From: a virus
Taxonomy: Duplodnaviria; Caudoviricetes
IMG/VR virus record: IMGVR_UViG_3300025066_000118
Coordinates: 1-28,739 of that record
Reading direction: 5' to 3' (one strand)
DNA length: 28,739 nt
Position numbers and translations under genes: made by a program. Within the stretch, counting starts at the first letter, position 1, and each line of letters begins with the position of its first letter. Below the pieces are notes generated by a model. The model did not search any database and had not been told where the DNA came from. It was given only the letters and a program-made list of their open reading frames with translations. Below are positions 1-9,077 of this stretch, in pieces.

Positions 1-2
1 GC

Positions 3-1448
3 AACCAACTCCCGGTAGTTGTTATTGGTGCCAGCGGATACACCAGTGGTCCTAGTGCATCAGCATGGGGAACGACATATGGTATATTCAACAATAACAA
101 TTATGGATACGTCCCATCAACAACTGCATTTGCAGAAGCACGAGGATCCTCTGGTGATGAAATGCACATTGCAATTCTTTCTGGTGATGTTGATACTGCT
201 TTGGGTAATAAAGATGAGGTTTTAGAAACACACATTGGACTTTCTAGATTTATAAATGCAAAGGGTATTGATGGAACTAATATCTACTACAAAGATGTAA
301 TCAACAACAATTCTCAATATATTAAATTTAACTCTGAAATATTTACGGATTCTGATACATCTCTAAGTGATATCCCCGAAAATAACTCAGGTGTAACCCT
401 AAGCGATTGGTCAATGCAATATCTTAATGGATATGGTACGATAGCGGGTGGATTAACTGCTGCGGGTATTACTGGCAATGTAGCAATAACATTCTTAAAC
501 GGAGGTTCTGTTGGAACATCATTCTCTGGCAGAAGCGCAGATTATGTTACAGGGTTTGGCGATGCAGACACTCAAGATGTTGACATCTTAGTTACTGGCG
601 TAAACGACCATGATGACAATGTAGCAGTTGCAGGAGTAGCAGCAGACCGAAAGGATTGTATCGGTTTTGGAACTGCGTATGTGGGAGTTACTGGATTCAC
701 ACTCAACAATGTCTCCACTTCAACCAGCACAGTTGCTGATGCGAAATCAGCAAGAGATGAATTTCAATCATCTAACTCTTATATGTCATTAGATAGTGGT
801 TACAAATACACCTATGACAACCGAAACGATATCGGAAGATGGATTCCACTAAATGGTGATGTTGCAGGTATTGTTGCAAAGACATCAACCACAAACGATC
901 CTTGGTGGTCACCCGCTGGTTTGAATCGTGGAAGAATAAACAACATCATTAAACTTTCATTGAACCCAACTCGTCAAGAACGAGATGAATTATATGGAAG
1001 TCAAATCAATCCTGTAGTAATATTCCAAGGTGAGGGTGCAGTCCTCTTTGGAGATAAAACTTTAGAGTCTCGTCCGAGTGCTTTTGATAGAATTCAAATA
1101 CGAAGACTATTCAACGCACTAGAGAAGCAGATTGCTACCGCAGCGAAGTTGCAACTCTTTGAGTTTAATGACGCATTTACCCAGCAATCATTCAAAAATC
1201 TCATTGAGCCATTCCTACGAAATGTTCAAGCAAGACGAGGTATTGAATCGTTTTCGGTTACATGTGATATTACAAATAATCCAAGTGATGTTGCTGAACA
1301 GGGAAGATTCGTTGCAGACATCTTCATTAAACCTCTGAATTCCATCACTGTGATTCAATTAAACTTCACAGCACAAAGTAATACCGCTGTGTTCAACGAA
1401 AACGTTCTTTCTAGTAGAGTTAATTCCGATGAATTTACCTCTTTCTGA
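3..1448 (+). CDS. g18: Tail sheath protein gp18, 5'-truncated by the window edge
   Basis: The frame is open from position 3, so the ATG at 162 is internal. Sheath C-terminal motifs: DSGYKYTYD, WIPLNGDVAG, PWWSPAGLNRG, FGDKT, SAFDRIQIRRLF, LFEFND, FVADIFIKP. Immediately upstream of tail-tube genes. Confidence 0.96.
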   Translation, partial: NQLPVVVIGASGYTSGPSASAWGTTYGIFNNNNYGYVPSTTAFAEARGSSGDEMHIAILSGDVDTALGNKDEVLETHIGLSRFINAKGIDGTNIYYKDVINNNSQYIKFNSEIFTDSDTSLSDIPENNSGVTLSDWSMQYLNGYGTIAGGLTAAGITGNVAITFLNGGSVGTSFSGRSADYVTGFGDADTQDVDILVTGVNDHDDNVAVAGVAADRKDCIGFGTAYVGVTGFTLNNVSTSTSTVADAKSARDEFQSSNSYMSLDSGYKYTYDNRNDIGRWIPLNGDVAGIVAKTSTTNDPWWSPAGLNRGRINNIIKLSLNPTRQERDELYGSQINPVVIFQGEGAVLFGDKTLESRPSAFDRIQIRRLFNALEKQIATAAKLQLFEFNDAFTQQSFKNLIEPFLRNVQARRGIESFSVTCDITNNPSDVAEQGRFVADIFIKPLNSITVIQLNFTAQSNTAVFNENVLSSRVNSDEFTSF

Positions 1449-1467
1449 AAAATTGGAGAAGTAATCA

Positions 1468-1974
1468 ATGACCATTGACAATATAATCGGTGCTGCCGGA
1501 TCACAAAAGATACTCAAGCCGTCACTTTTTAGAGTAACTTCTTCTGGTAATCATATTGACTTGGTTACTGCGGGGGGTGACATCAAAATAAAAGCAGTTA
1601 CCACTCCAACTTCAACTCTGTCTGCTATTGATATACCATATAGAGGACGAAAAATTAAAACTGCGGGTGTTCGTACATTCGACACATGGTCAATAACAAT
1701 ATTATATGCCAATGACGATTTAAGAAGAGATTTTCAAAAGTGGGCACGCGACATTCAGGATTCAGAGTCAATTGAAGGCGATACAACGGCGGTCTGGTTT
1801 GAGGATTGGACAGTAACATTGTTGAATCTAGATGGTTCGGATAGTGATCATGTATGGAATTTAAAAGGTTGTTGGCCCGCAGAAATAGCAGAAATTGCAT
1901 TGGACCAAAGTGACGGAGAAACCATTTCAGAATTCGCCGTTACTATGCAATATACATACTTTACTAAAGATTAG
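1468..1974 (+). CDS. g19: Tail tube protein gp19 (paralogue 1)
   Basis: gp19 motifs PSLFRV, IPYRGRKIKTAGVRTFDTWSITI, GCWPAEIAEIALD, ISEFAVTMQY. GGAG SD upstream; lies between g18 and g20. Confidence 0.92.
   Translation: MTIDNIIGAAGSQKILKPSLFRVTSSGNHIDLVTAGGDIKIKAVTTPTSTLSAIDIPYRGRKIKTAGVRTFDTWSITILYANDDLRRDFQKWARDIQDSESIEGDTTAVWFEDWTVTLLNLDGSDSDHVWNLKGCWPAEIAEIALDQSDGETISEFAVTMQYTYFTKD
1519..1538 (+). repeat. 20-nt exact direct repeat CCGTCACTTTTTAGAGTAAC, copy 1 (copy 2 at 2037-2056)
   Basis: Identical 20-mer at the equivalent position (PSLFRVT) of both g19 paralogues. Confidence 0.9.
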
Positions 1975-1985
1975 GATATTATTCA

Positions 1986-2513
1986 ATGGCAATAGATAAC
2001 GTTTTAAGCAGGTTAACAGATAATAGTTTCGTTCGTCCGTCACTTTTTAGAGTAACGATTGAAGATATCGTTAACAGTGATACCATGTTGTGGGTGAAAT
2101 CAGCGTCAATGCCAGCATCAAGTGTTGGTGTTATTGAAGTGCCCCACCACGGACGTAAAGTTTACATACCAGGCGACCGATCCTTCTCCGACTGGCAAAT
2201 GAGCATAATCTATGCTAATGAAGACTCGTCTTCTTCGTTGTATGATAAATTTTTATCATGGATGAATTCGGTACAAACTCCAACGGGGGTTGGTGTTTCT
2301 AGAGAATACGCCAAACAAGTAAGAGTCGATGTATTGAAACCCAACTCAGAAATCACAGAAAATGAAATATTGGACACATATCACTTGTATGGAGCATTTC
2401 CTGTTGAAATTGGTTCTATGGATTTAAGTCAAGAAACGAGCGATTCGTTTATGGAGTTTACGGTGTCATTGTCATATTCTTACCATATGATGGCTGACGC
2501 AGATGATGTGTGA
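1986..2513 (+). CDS. g19: Tail tube protein gp19 (paralogue 2)
   Basis: gp19 motifs RPSLFRV, KSASMPAS, VPHHGRKVYIPGDRSFSDW, GAFPVEIGSMDLS, EFTVSLSY. Confidence 0.92.
   Translation: MAIDNVLSRLTDNSFVRPSLFRVTIEDIVNSDTMLWVKSASMPASSVGVIEVPHHGRKVYIPGDRSFSDWQMSIIYANEDSSSSLYDKFLSWMNSVQTPTGVGVSREYAKQVRVDVLKPNSEITENEILDTYHLYGAFPVEIGSMDLSQETSDSFMEFTVSLSYSYHMMADADDV
2037..2056 (+). repeat. 20-nt exact direct repeat CCGTCACTTTTTAGAGTAAC, copy 2
   Basis: Identical to 1519-1538. Confidence 0.9.
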
Positions 2514-2543
2514 AGTTTTATCTAATTATTAGAGGAGTATATT

Positions 2544-4085
2544 ATGGCTATTGATTTATTTGGTTTTTCATTGGGCAAAAAGGCAGACGAAAAAAAAGAA
2601 GAAAAAAAGAAACCGGTGTCTTTTGTTGAGCCCAACTCATACGATGGCACTTACACCATGGATGGTGTGCAAGGTGGGTTTTTTGGTTCTTATGTTGATT
2701 TTCTTGGAATAATAAAAAGTGAAAACGACCTCATATCCAAATATAGAGGTATGTCACTTTACCCCGAAGTGGATCAAGCAGTCGAGGACATCACAAACGA
2801 ATCTATCGTGTATGGTCATAACGGCAGGGCGGTTGATATTAATTTAGACAATACAAACTTATCCGATAACATCAAATCTAAAGTATCAAAAGAGTTTGAA
2901 AATGTATTAACCTTGATTAATTTCTCTAATAAAGGTGCTGACATTTTCAGACGATGGTATGTGGATAGTAAGTTATATTATCATATGATTTTCCATGAAG
3001 GAAATGATCCCGAGACTATCAAACGAGGTCTTAAGGAATTGCGTCCCATTGATCCGGTGAAGATACGGAAGATTAGAAAAGTTCAAAAGGGTAATCTCAA
3101 ATCTGTTGCGGATGGGGATCGGGACAACATTCCAATAGTAAAGAAGGTGGAAGAATTTTTCTTGTTCACAGACACCACACAAAATACAATCACACCCACA
3201 CCAACATCTGGTATGAAAATTAGTGCTGATGCTATTTGCTACGTTCCATCTGGTGTGGTTGATGCTACAAGTAAGAGGGTGATTGGATATTTACATAAAG
3301 CAATCCGACCCCTAAACATGCTCAGACAAATTGAAGACGCTGTTGTCATTTATAGAATATCTCGCGCACCAGAAAGAAGAATATTTTATATTGATGTTGG
3401 TAACCTACCTAAGCAAAAAGCAGAACAATATTTGAGAGACATCATGAATCGTTATAGGAATAAAATAACATATGATGCTGCTACGGGTGAAATTAAAGAC
3501 GATAGACGGCACATGTCGATGCTTGAAGACTATTGGATACCACGACGAGAAGGTGGTAAAGGTACAGAAATCACCACTCTCGATGGTGGTCAGAATTTAG
3601 GCGAGATGGAAGATGTTCTCTATCTCCAAAAGAAACTCTACCGATCATTGAATGTTCCCATATCCCGACTGGAAAGTGATTCGGGTTTCAATCTGGGCAG
3701 ATCCACCGAAATCACACGAGATGAAGTAAAATTTACTAAATTTATTGAAAAGTTACGAAACCGATTCAATTACCTATTCTTAAACGTACTTAAAGTTCAA
3801 CTCATTGCAAAGGGAATTATACTTGAATCTGAATGGAATGTTCTTGAACAGCAAATAATGTTCAAGTATCAAAAGGATTCTTACTTCTCGGAACTAAAAG
3901 AATTAGAAATAATGAAGGATAAAATGGAAATTCTTCGTGATGTGCAAGAATATGTTGGAGTCTACTTTTCAAAAGAATATATAAAGAAGGAAGTACTACA
4001 TCAAACAGATGAGGACATCCTGAAAATAGAGAGTCAAATTCAAAAAGAAAGCGCGTCCGATCCGCAAGAAGAGGGAGATTTCTAA
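2544..4085 (+). CDS. g20: Portal vertex protein gp20
   Basis: Motifs LFGFS, FRRWYVD, YLHKAI, EDAVVIYRISRAPERRIFYIDVGNLPK, MLEDYWIPRREGGKGTEITTL, EITRDEVKF. GAGGAG SD. Confidence 0.98.
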   Translation: MAIDLFGFSLGKKADEKKEEKKKPVSFVEPNSYDGTYTMDGVQGGFFGSYVDFLGIIKSENDLISKYRGMSLYPEVDQAVEDITNESIVYGHNGRAVDINLDNTNLSDNIKSKVSKEFENVLTLINFSNKGADIFRRWYVDSKLYYHMIFHEGNDPETIKRGLKELRPIDPVKIRKIRKVQKGNLKSVADGDRDNIPIVKKVEEFFLFTDTTQNTITPTPTSGMKISADAICYVPSGVVDATSKRVIGYLHKAIRPLNMLRQIEDAVVIYRISRAPERRIFYIDVGNLPKQKAEQYLRDIMNRYRNKITYDAATGEIKDDRRHMSMLEDYWIPRREGGKGTEITTLDGGQNLGEMEDVLYLQKKLYRSLNVPISRLESDSGFNLGRSTEITRDEVKFTKFIEKLRNRFNYLFLNVLKVQLIAKGIILESEWNVLEQQIMFKYQKDSYFSELKELEIMKDKMEILRDVQEYVGVYFSKEYIKKEVLHQTDEDILKIESQIQKESASDPQEEGDF

Positions 4086-4690
4086 TGTCGTACAACAAAA
4101 ACATGGTTTTCAATGCATTAGAAGAAGATGCTGCTTCATTTACCCGCAATTTCATGCGGAGTGTGAATGAAAAAATCAATGACACTATCGAAACATTGAG
4201 ATTGGAAATCTCTGAATCATTAATGAATGAATGTACCATTGATGAGGCGATACGATCTGATATAAAGACGTACACATTTAAAAGACCATCTGATGCTAAG
4301 GAATTCTCCAAAGGTCTAATGGAAATGGGTCTTCGTAAAAATGAATTTACAATTCGTGGGAATATTATCCAAACGAAAAAGTTTAAAGATAAACAAATGG
4401 AAGAAATGGTCATTAGTATGGCAAGAGATTTAAAAGCAACCATTACTGAGGAAGCAAACATTTTTGCTATGATGAGCAAATCAGTTGAAGATAATGAAAA
4501 ATTTCCCCTCATATTAAAAAGTGGTGAGTTTGTTGAAATTGAACCAGTTGTGTGTGAATCTGTCATCAAACTACATGATAGTCTTAATGATACCAATCAA
4601 TTAAAGTTACGAGAAAATCTTATCACAGATACTAATAATTTTTCTCGTATAGTTGATTTTGCATCACAAAACGATACTAACAACGAATAG
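4085..4690 (+). CDS. Hypothetical protein, probable prohead core component (g67/g68 locus)
   Basis: 201-aa ORF coupled to g20 by a TAATG overlap. Lies between g20 and g21 and has several I/L-x-E motifs (IDE, ITE) matching the gp21 cleavage preference. The function is inferred. Confidence 0.65.
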   Translation: MSYNKNMVFNALEEDAASFTRNFMRSVNEKINDTIETLRLEISESLMNECTIDEAIRSDIKTYTFKRPSDAKEFSKGLMEMGLRKNEFTIRGNIIQTKKFKDKQMEEMVISMARDLKATITEEANIFAMMSKSVEDNEKFPLILKSGEFVEIEPVVCESVIKLHDSLNDTNQLKLRENLITDTNNFSRIVDFASQNDTNNE

Positions 4691-4699
4691 GACATTCTA

Positions 4700-5233
4700 A
4701 TGGAAAGTAATAAATTAACTCAAGCATTAAACGACGAAGATTTTATTGCAACAAAACGCATCATTCATGAAGAACTTTATGAAAAAATTGCAATTGTTCT
4801 TGAAAAAATTAAAACGGACATGTACGCCCATGTTTTCAACGAAGCCAAGAAGGCAAAGAAAACAGATAAGGAAGATGACGGAGATGGTCTGGATCCTGTT
4901 GGCGCAGAAGACAGTGATGTGGATAACGATGGCGACAGCGATGAATCAGATGACTATCTAAACAACAGACGCAAGACTGTTGGTAAAGCCATTAAGAAGA
5001 AAAAGAATGGCGATGACGAAGAATTGGATGAAGAGCAAGATATTAAAATCACAGCAAGCCATGCCGATCACGTAAAAGCAAGTGCTGCTATAGGCTCTGG
5101 AACCGCCAGAGGTGGCAAATTGCGTGGGGGTCAATCCAAGGGAGGCGGCAACTATGAACTTCGATTTGGTAGTATAAGAAGTGCCAAGAAGTTTATGGGT
5201 AAGCATGGATTTACTGAACCAGGGAAAGGATGA
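4700..5233 (+). CDS. Acidic/basic prohead core-like protein (g67/g68 locus)
   Basis: 177 aa, highly charged, with LDPVG-x-ED-x-DVDNDGD...DYLNNRRK. Directly upstream of g21. Confidence 0.65.
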   Translation: MESNKLTQALNDEDFIATKRIIHEELYEKIAIVLEKIKTDMYAHVFNEAKKAKKTDKEDDGDGLDPVGAEDSDVDNDGDSDESDDYLNNRRKTVGKAIKKKKNGDDEELDEEQDIKITASHADHVKASAAIGSGTARGGKLRGGQSKGGGNYELRFGSIRSAKKFMGKHGFTEPGKG

Positions 5234-5236
5234 CGA

Positions 5237-5881
5237 ATGAAACTGATAACAGAAGTAACAGAAGCGGTTAATTATATCACCGAAGAGAATGATGGCAAAA
5301 AGTCATATCATATCGAAGGTGTTTTCATGCAGTCTAACGTGAAAAACAGAAATGGTCGTATATATCCTAATAGCACATTAATGAACGAAGTTAATCGTTA
5401 TAATGAAAAATATGTCCGAGGAAATCGTGCTATGGGCGAACTTGGTCATCCAGAAGGTCCGACGCTAAATTTGGAACGTGTTTCTCATATGATTACAAAT
5501 CTAAATCCAAGCGGCAATGACGTTCACGGAAAAGCAAAAATCTTAGAAACACCTTATGGAAAAATTGTACAAAACCTCATTGATGGTGGCGCAAAGTTGG
5601 GTGTATCTTCACGGGGAATGGGTTCTTTGAAGTCTATAGACGATGGAATCAATGAAGTGCAAGAAGATTTCATGTTGGCAGCAGTTGATATTGTTGCTGA
5701 TCCTTCTGCCCCTAGTGCATTCGTAAATGGTATAATGGAAGGCAAGGAATGGATGTGGAACAATGGAGTTATTCAAGAAGTTACTATATCCGAATATCAC
5801 AAAGAATTAAAAAAAGTATCACAACGTAATCTTGAGGAGAAAGCAACAAGGTTATTTCAAGATTTCATCTCAAAACTTTAG
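5237..5881 (+). CDS. g21: Prohead protease gp21
   Basis: Motifs MKLITE, IEGVFMQ, NRNGRIYP, GELGHP, GVSSRGMGSL, DIVADPSAP-x-AFV-x-GIMEGKEW. Confidence 0.98.
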   Translation: MKLITEVTEAVNYITEENDGKKSYHIEGVFMQSNVKNRNGRIYPNSTLMNEVNRYNEKYVRGNRAMGELGHPEGPTLNLERVSHMITNLNPSGNDVHGKAKILETPYGKIVQNLIDGGAKLGVSSRGMGSLKSIDDGINEVQEDFMLAAVDIVADPSAPSAFVNGIMEGKEWMWNNGVIQEVTISEYHKELKKVSQRNLEEKATRLFQDFISKL

Positions 5882-5887
5882 GTTTTA

Positions 5888-5896
5888 TATATAATA
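5888..5896 (+). promoter_or_regulatory. Putative late promoter, TATATAATA, upstream of g22
   Basis: In the g21-g22 spacer before an AAGGAG SD. The same 9-mer occurs at 8517-8525 and 11890-11898 and resembles the T4 late consensus TATAAATA. Confidence 0.55.
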
Positions 5897-5918
5897 ACAG
5901 ACAAAGGAGTTCGCAAAT

Positions 5919-7007
5919 ATGGATTATCCAGATCCCATCGATACAATCAGAAACGTTATTGCAGGTAATGACTCTGACCTAGACCCCAAGGTGGCCAAAG
6001 AAGTGTATGGTCTTAAAGACTATCGCAAGAAAATGAAGCCAGGTACAGGTAAGGACGAAGAACTTGACGAAGCGGATAAGAAAATGGGCGTAGTGAACGC
6101 TAAAAATGAAGAAGATCCTGATCTTTATCAGGATGCAGAAGGTGGTCATGCTAAAATTGACACCGACGAACTGACCGGGGGCGAGGAAGCAGATGTTCCC
6201 GCTAAAGGTAGCAAGTCTGCATCTAAAAACGATTCTAGTAATAAGGCTACAATTGCTGGTAAATTGAAGGGTAAGAAAGATAAAAGTCTTGTTATTCCCG
6301 CAACAGAGAGCCTTCGTTCTTTGTTTGATGGTGAAAATCTTAGCGAAGAATTCATGAATAGTGTAGTAACTATTTTTGAAGTTGCTTTGATTGAACGAAC
6401 AGAAGCAGTTGAGACAGAGTTACGCAAACAGCATGAAGAAACTTTAGTTGAACATACTGATCGTCTAACTTCTGAATTGACAGAAAAGGTTGACGATTAT
6501 CTCAACTATGTTGTTGAGGAATGGGTCAAGGAAAATCAACTCGTAATTGAAAACAATCTTCGCATGGAAATTGCTGAGAAATTCATTCATGGTATTAAGG
6601 ACTTGTTCCAAGAGAATTATGTTGACATCCCAGACGAAAAAGTTGACCTCTTTGATGAACTCGTACATACAAATAAGGAAATTTCAGAGAACCTCAATCA
6701 GCAGGTTAATGAAAATATTGAACTTCATAAACAACTCACTGAGAGTCGTTGCAGTGAACTCATTGAAATGAGTTCTAAAAACATGACAGATACTGATTCA
6801 GAACGATTCCGAAATCTAGCAGAAAATGTTAGTTTTGAAAATGAAGAAGAATTTGTTAATAAGTTAGTTTCTCTCAAGGAAAATTACTTCACAGAAAATG
6901 AAGTATCTTATGTTGAGTATACTGACGAAGTAGAAGAAACATCACAACCATTAACTGAGGGATCAATGAAAAATTATGTTGATGCTCTCAGTCGTACACT
7001 AAAGTAG
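5919..7007 (+). CDS. g22: Prohead scaffold/core protein gp22
   Basis: Acidic coiled-coil with LSEEF...TIFE, VDDYLNYVVEEW, F-x-x-GIKDLFQENYVDIPDEK, LKENYF and MKNYVDALSR. Lies between g21 and g23. Confidence 0.93.
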   Translation: MDYPDPIDTIRNVIAGNDSDLDPKVAKEVYGLKDYRKKMKPGTGKDEELDEADKKMGVVNAKNEEDPDLYQDAEGGHAKIDTDELTGGEEADVPAKGSKSASKNDSSNKATIAGKLKGKKDKSLVIPATESLRSLFDGENLSEEFMNSVVTIFEVALIERTEAVETELRKQHEETLVEHTDRLTSELTEKVDDYLNYVVEEWVKENQLVIENNLRMEIAEKFIHGIKDLFQENYVDIPDEKVDLFDELVHTNKEISENLNQQVNENIELHKQLTESRCSELIEMSSKNMTDTDSERFRNLAENVSFENEEEFVNKLVSLKENYFTENEVSYVEYTDEVEETSQPLTEGSMKNYVDALSRTLK

Positions 7008-7048
7008 TTTTAAACATATAACCCTTAAAGGGATTAGGAGAAATAAAA

Positions 7049-8452
7049 ATGGATTTATCAGACGCACCAAGGTACGATCTTCTTGAAGAGAAGTGGCAAC
7101 CTGTCATCGAACACAACTCTCTTCCAGATATTGAAGATAGTTATCGTAAAAAAGTAACCGCTGTTCTTCTTGAAAACCAAGAAAAAGCAATGCGGCAGCA
7201 AACATTATCTGAAGCATCACCAACAAACGCTGTTGGTGCAAGCGGTCTTTCGTACAGCGATGATAGCACTCTTGCTGGTTATGATCCAGTATTGATGAGT
7301 CTTGTTCGTCGTGCAATGCCAAATCTCGTTGCTTACGATATTGCTGGTGTGCAGCCAATGAGCGCACCCACTGGTCTTATCTTTGCAATGCGTTCCCGTT
7401 ATAACACTCAGTCGGGTGTAGAAGCACGCTTTGACGAAGCAGATGCTCGTTTCTCCGCAACTGGTGGTGCTGGTGGTGGTGCTACTGCTGGTATTTCTGC
7501 TGATCCGTTCCCTGGTACTACCCATGGTAATACTTCCGCAGTCTCCGCTGCTTTAGATACTTTATATGGTTCAGATTTCCAGGGTATGGGTCGCGCACAG
7601 GCTGAAAGTCTGGGTGGTGATACTAACTCCCACTTCCGCGAAATGGCATTCACCATTGAGCGAACATCGGTTACTGCTAAGACTCGCGCCCTCAAGGCAG
7701 AGTACACCACTGAACTTGCTCAGGACTTGAAGGCTATTCATGGTCTTGATGCTGAGACTGAACTTGCTAATTTGCTTTCCGGTGAAATTCTCACTGAAAT
7801 CAACCGAGAAGTTATGCGAGCAATTTACTTCAACGCTAAACTTGGCTGCTTGCAGCAAGATATCACGACTGATGGTCGCTACGATCTGAACACCGATTCC
7901 GATGGTCGTTGGTCCGCAGAACGCTTCCGTGGTTTGATGTATCAAATCGAACGCGAAGCCAACGTGATTGCAAAAGAAACTCGTAGAGGTAAGGGTAACT
8001 TCCTCCTTTGCTCCGCTGATGTTGCATCAGCACTCGCAATGGGTGGATTCCTCCAAATCTCTCCCGCTCTCAACCAGAATCTTTCTGTTGACGATACTGG
8101 CAACACTTTTGCTGGTCTTCTTAATGGTAAGATGAGAGTTTACATTGATCCTTATGCAGACGCGGGCAAGAACTTCGCAGTTGTTGGTTATCGCGGTAGC
8201 AACCCATACGATGCTGGTATGTTCTATTGCCCATACGTTCCGCTCCAGATGGTGCGTGCGGTTGGTGAAGACACCTTCCAGCCCAAGATCGGGTTTAAGA
8301 CTCGTTACGGAATGGTCAACAACCCATTCGTGTCAAACAGACCGGGTGAGAGTGCAACAGATCGATCTGATCCGGCATCTAGTGATTCCAAGCGAAGTAA
8401 CCAGTATTATCGTATCTTCTTGATTGATAATATCCATGGTAACTCTGCCTGA
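7049..8452 (+). CDS. g23: Major capsid protein gp23
   Basis: Motifs KWQPV, AVLLENQE, DPVLMSLVRRAMPNL, GVQPMSAPTGLIFAMR, RALKAEYTTELAQDLKAIHGLDAE, FYCPYVPL, FQPKIGFKTRYG. Probable maturation site LSE/ASPTN. AGGAG SD and strong codon bias. Confidence 0.99.
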   Translation: MDLSDAPRYDLLEEKWQPVIEHNSLPDIEDSYRKKVTAVLLENQEKAMRQQTLSEASPTNAVGASGLSYSDDSTLAGYDPVLMSLVRRAMPNLVAYDIAGVQPMSAPTGLIFAMRSRYNTQSGVEARFDEADARFSATGGAGGGATAGISADPFPGTTHGNTSAVSAALDTLYGSDFQGMGRAQAESLGGDTNSHFREMAFTIERTSVTAKTRALKAEYTTELAQDLKAIHGLDAETELANLLSGEILTEINREVMRAIYFNAKLGCLQQDITTDGRYDLNTDSDGRWSAERFRGLMYQIEREANVIAKETRRGKGNFLLCSADVASALAMGGFLQISPALNQNLSVDDTGNTFAGLLNGKMRVYIDPYADAGKNFAVVGYRGSNPYDAGMFYCPYVPLQMVRAVGEDTFQPKIGFKTRYGMVNNPFVSNRPGESATDRSDPASSDSKRSNQYYRIFLIDNIHGNSA

Positions 8453-8471
8453 TAATCAGGAAACCTAAAAC

Positions 8472-8507
8472 AAAAAGCACGGGAGTTTCGGCTCCCGTGT
8501 TTTTTTT
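8472..8507 (+). terminator. Rho-independent terminator after g23 (possibly bidirectional)
   Basis: AAAAA-GCACGGGAG-T-TTCG-G-CTCCCGTGT-TTTTTTT: a GC-rich stem with a UUCG loop and U-tract, preceded by an A-tract. Confidence 0.92.
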
Positions 8508-8516
8508 GCGCCCACC

Positions 8517-8525
8517 TATATAATA
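8517..8525 (+). promoter_or_regulatory. Putative late promoter, TATATAATA, upstream of g3
   Basis: Sits immediately after the g23 terminator, where transcription must restart. Same 9-mer as 5888-5896. Confidence 0.6.
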
Positions 8526-8540
8526 GGGAGGAAATCTACT

Positions 8541-9077
8541 ATGTCAGATTCATTAATCGGTGGTGTAACAGCGGGTAATATAGACCCATCGTTAGCACAA
8601 CCAATAACAGACAATTATCTAAAAAGCAATCAATTTAAATTCTCAATTGATCGTTGTCCGCTATTGACATATTTCGTACAGAGTGTATCATTTCCTAATA
8701 TATCCATCAGTGAACAGGAAATACCAACAAGGTATGCTACTCCTGTCTTCATTCCTGCTAATAGAGCAGACCATGGCGAATTGAGTGTGCAGATGTTAAT
8801 AGATGAAAATCTAAAAAACTGGTTAGAAATATATGAGTGGATAGAGGAAGCAGTACCATTAAGAGATATTGGCAATGACCCTTCCCAATATCTAAGCACC
8901 GCAAATATGCTCATCTTGAATAGTGCATATAATCCAGTACTTAGTGTTGAATTTACAAACGTATTTCCAAGTTCGCTAGGAGAAATACCATTTTCTTCTG
9001 TGTCAACAATGACAGAACCGGTATCAACACAAGTATCGTTTAAATATTCAGGGTATGTTATAGAAAGGCTTACATGA
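8541..9077 (+). CDS. g3: Tail completion / sheath stabiliser gp3
   Basis: Motifs NYL-x-x-NQFKFSI, YFVQSVSFP, IDENLKNWLEIYEWI, LILNS, FPSSL, VSFKY. The g23-g3-uvsY-uvsW order is typical of marine T4-like phages. Confidence 0.88.
   Translation: MSDSLIGGVTAGNIDPSLAQPITDNYLKSNQFKFSIDRCPLLTYFVQSVSFPNISISEQEIPTRYATPVFIPANRADHGELSVQMLIDENLKNWLEIYEWIEEAVPLRDIGNDPSQYLSTANMLILNSAYNPVLSVEFTNVFPSSLGEIPFSSVSTMTEPVSTQVSFKYSGYVIERLT

Noticed and set aside
19-225. 68-aa + strand ORF at the window start, and ATG 162 as the g18 start
   Set aside because: The g18 frame is open from position 3, so the small ORF is an out-of-frame overlap and ATG 162 is internal.
3862-4596. 244-aa minus-strand ORF, and the other minus-strand ORFs in the track (e.g. 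14199-14759, 23359-23790)
   Set aside because: All lie antisense to well-supported + strand genes, have Ser/Phe/Leu/Ile-rich shadow-type translations and show no recognisable motifs.
7022-7032. CCCTTAAAGGG inverted repeat upstream of the g23 SD
   Set aside because: Only a 4-bp stem with no U-tract; too weak to call a terminator or regulatory hairpin.
8448-8527. Two 13-nt palindromes (CCTGATAATCAGG at 8448-8460 and CCTATATAATAGG at 8515-8527) flanking the g23 terminator, as possible operators
   Set aside because: Short, not identical to each other and not seen elsewhere in the window; compatible with chance.
8452-8541. Absence of a g24 vertex gene after g23
   Set aside because: The g23-g3-uvsY-uvsW order without g24 is normal for marine T4-like phages.
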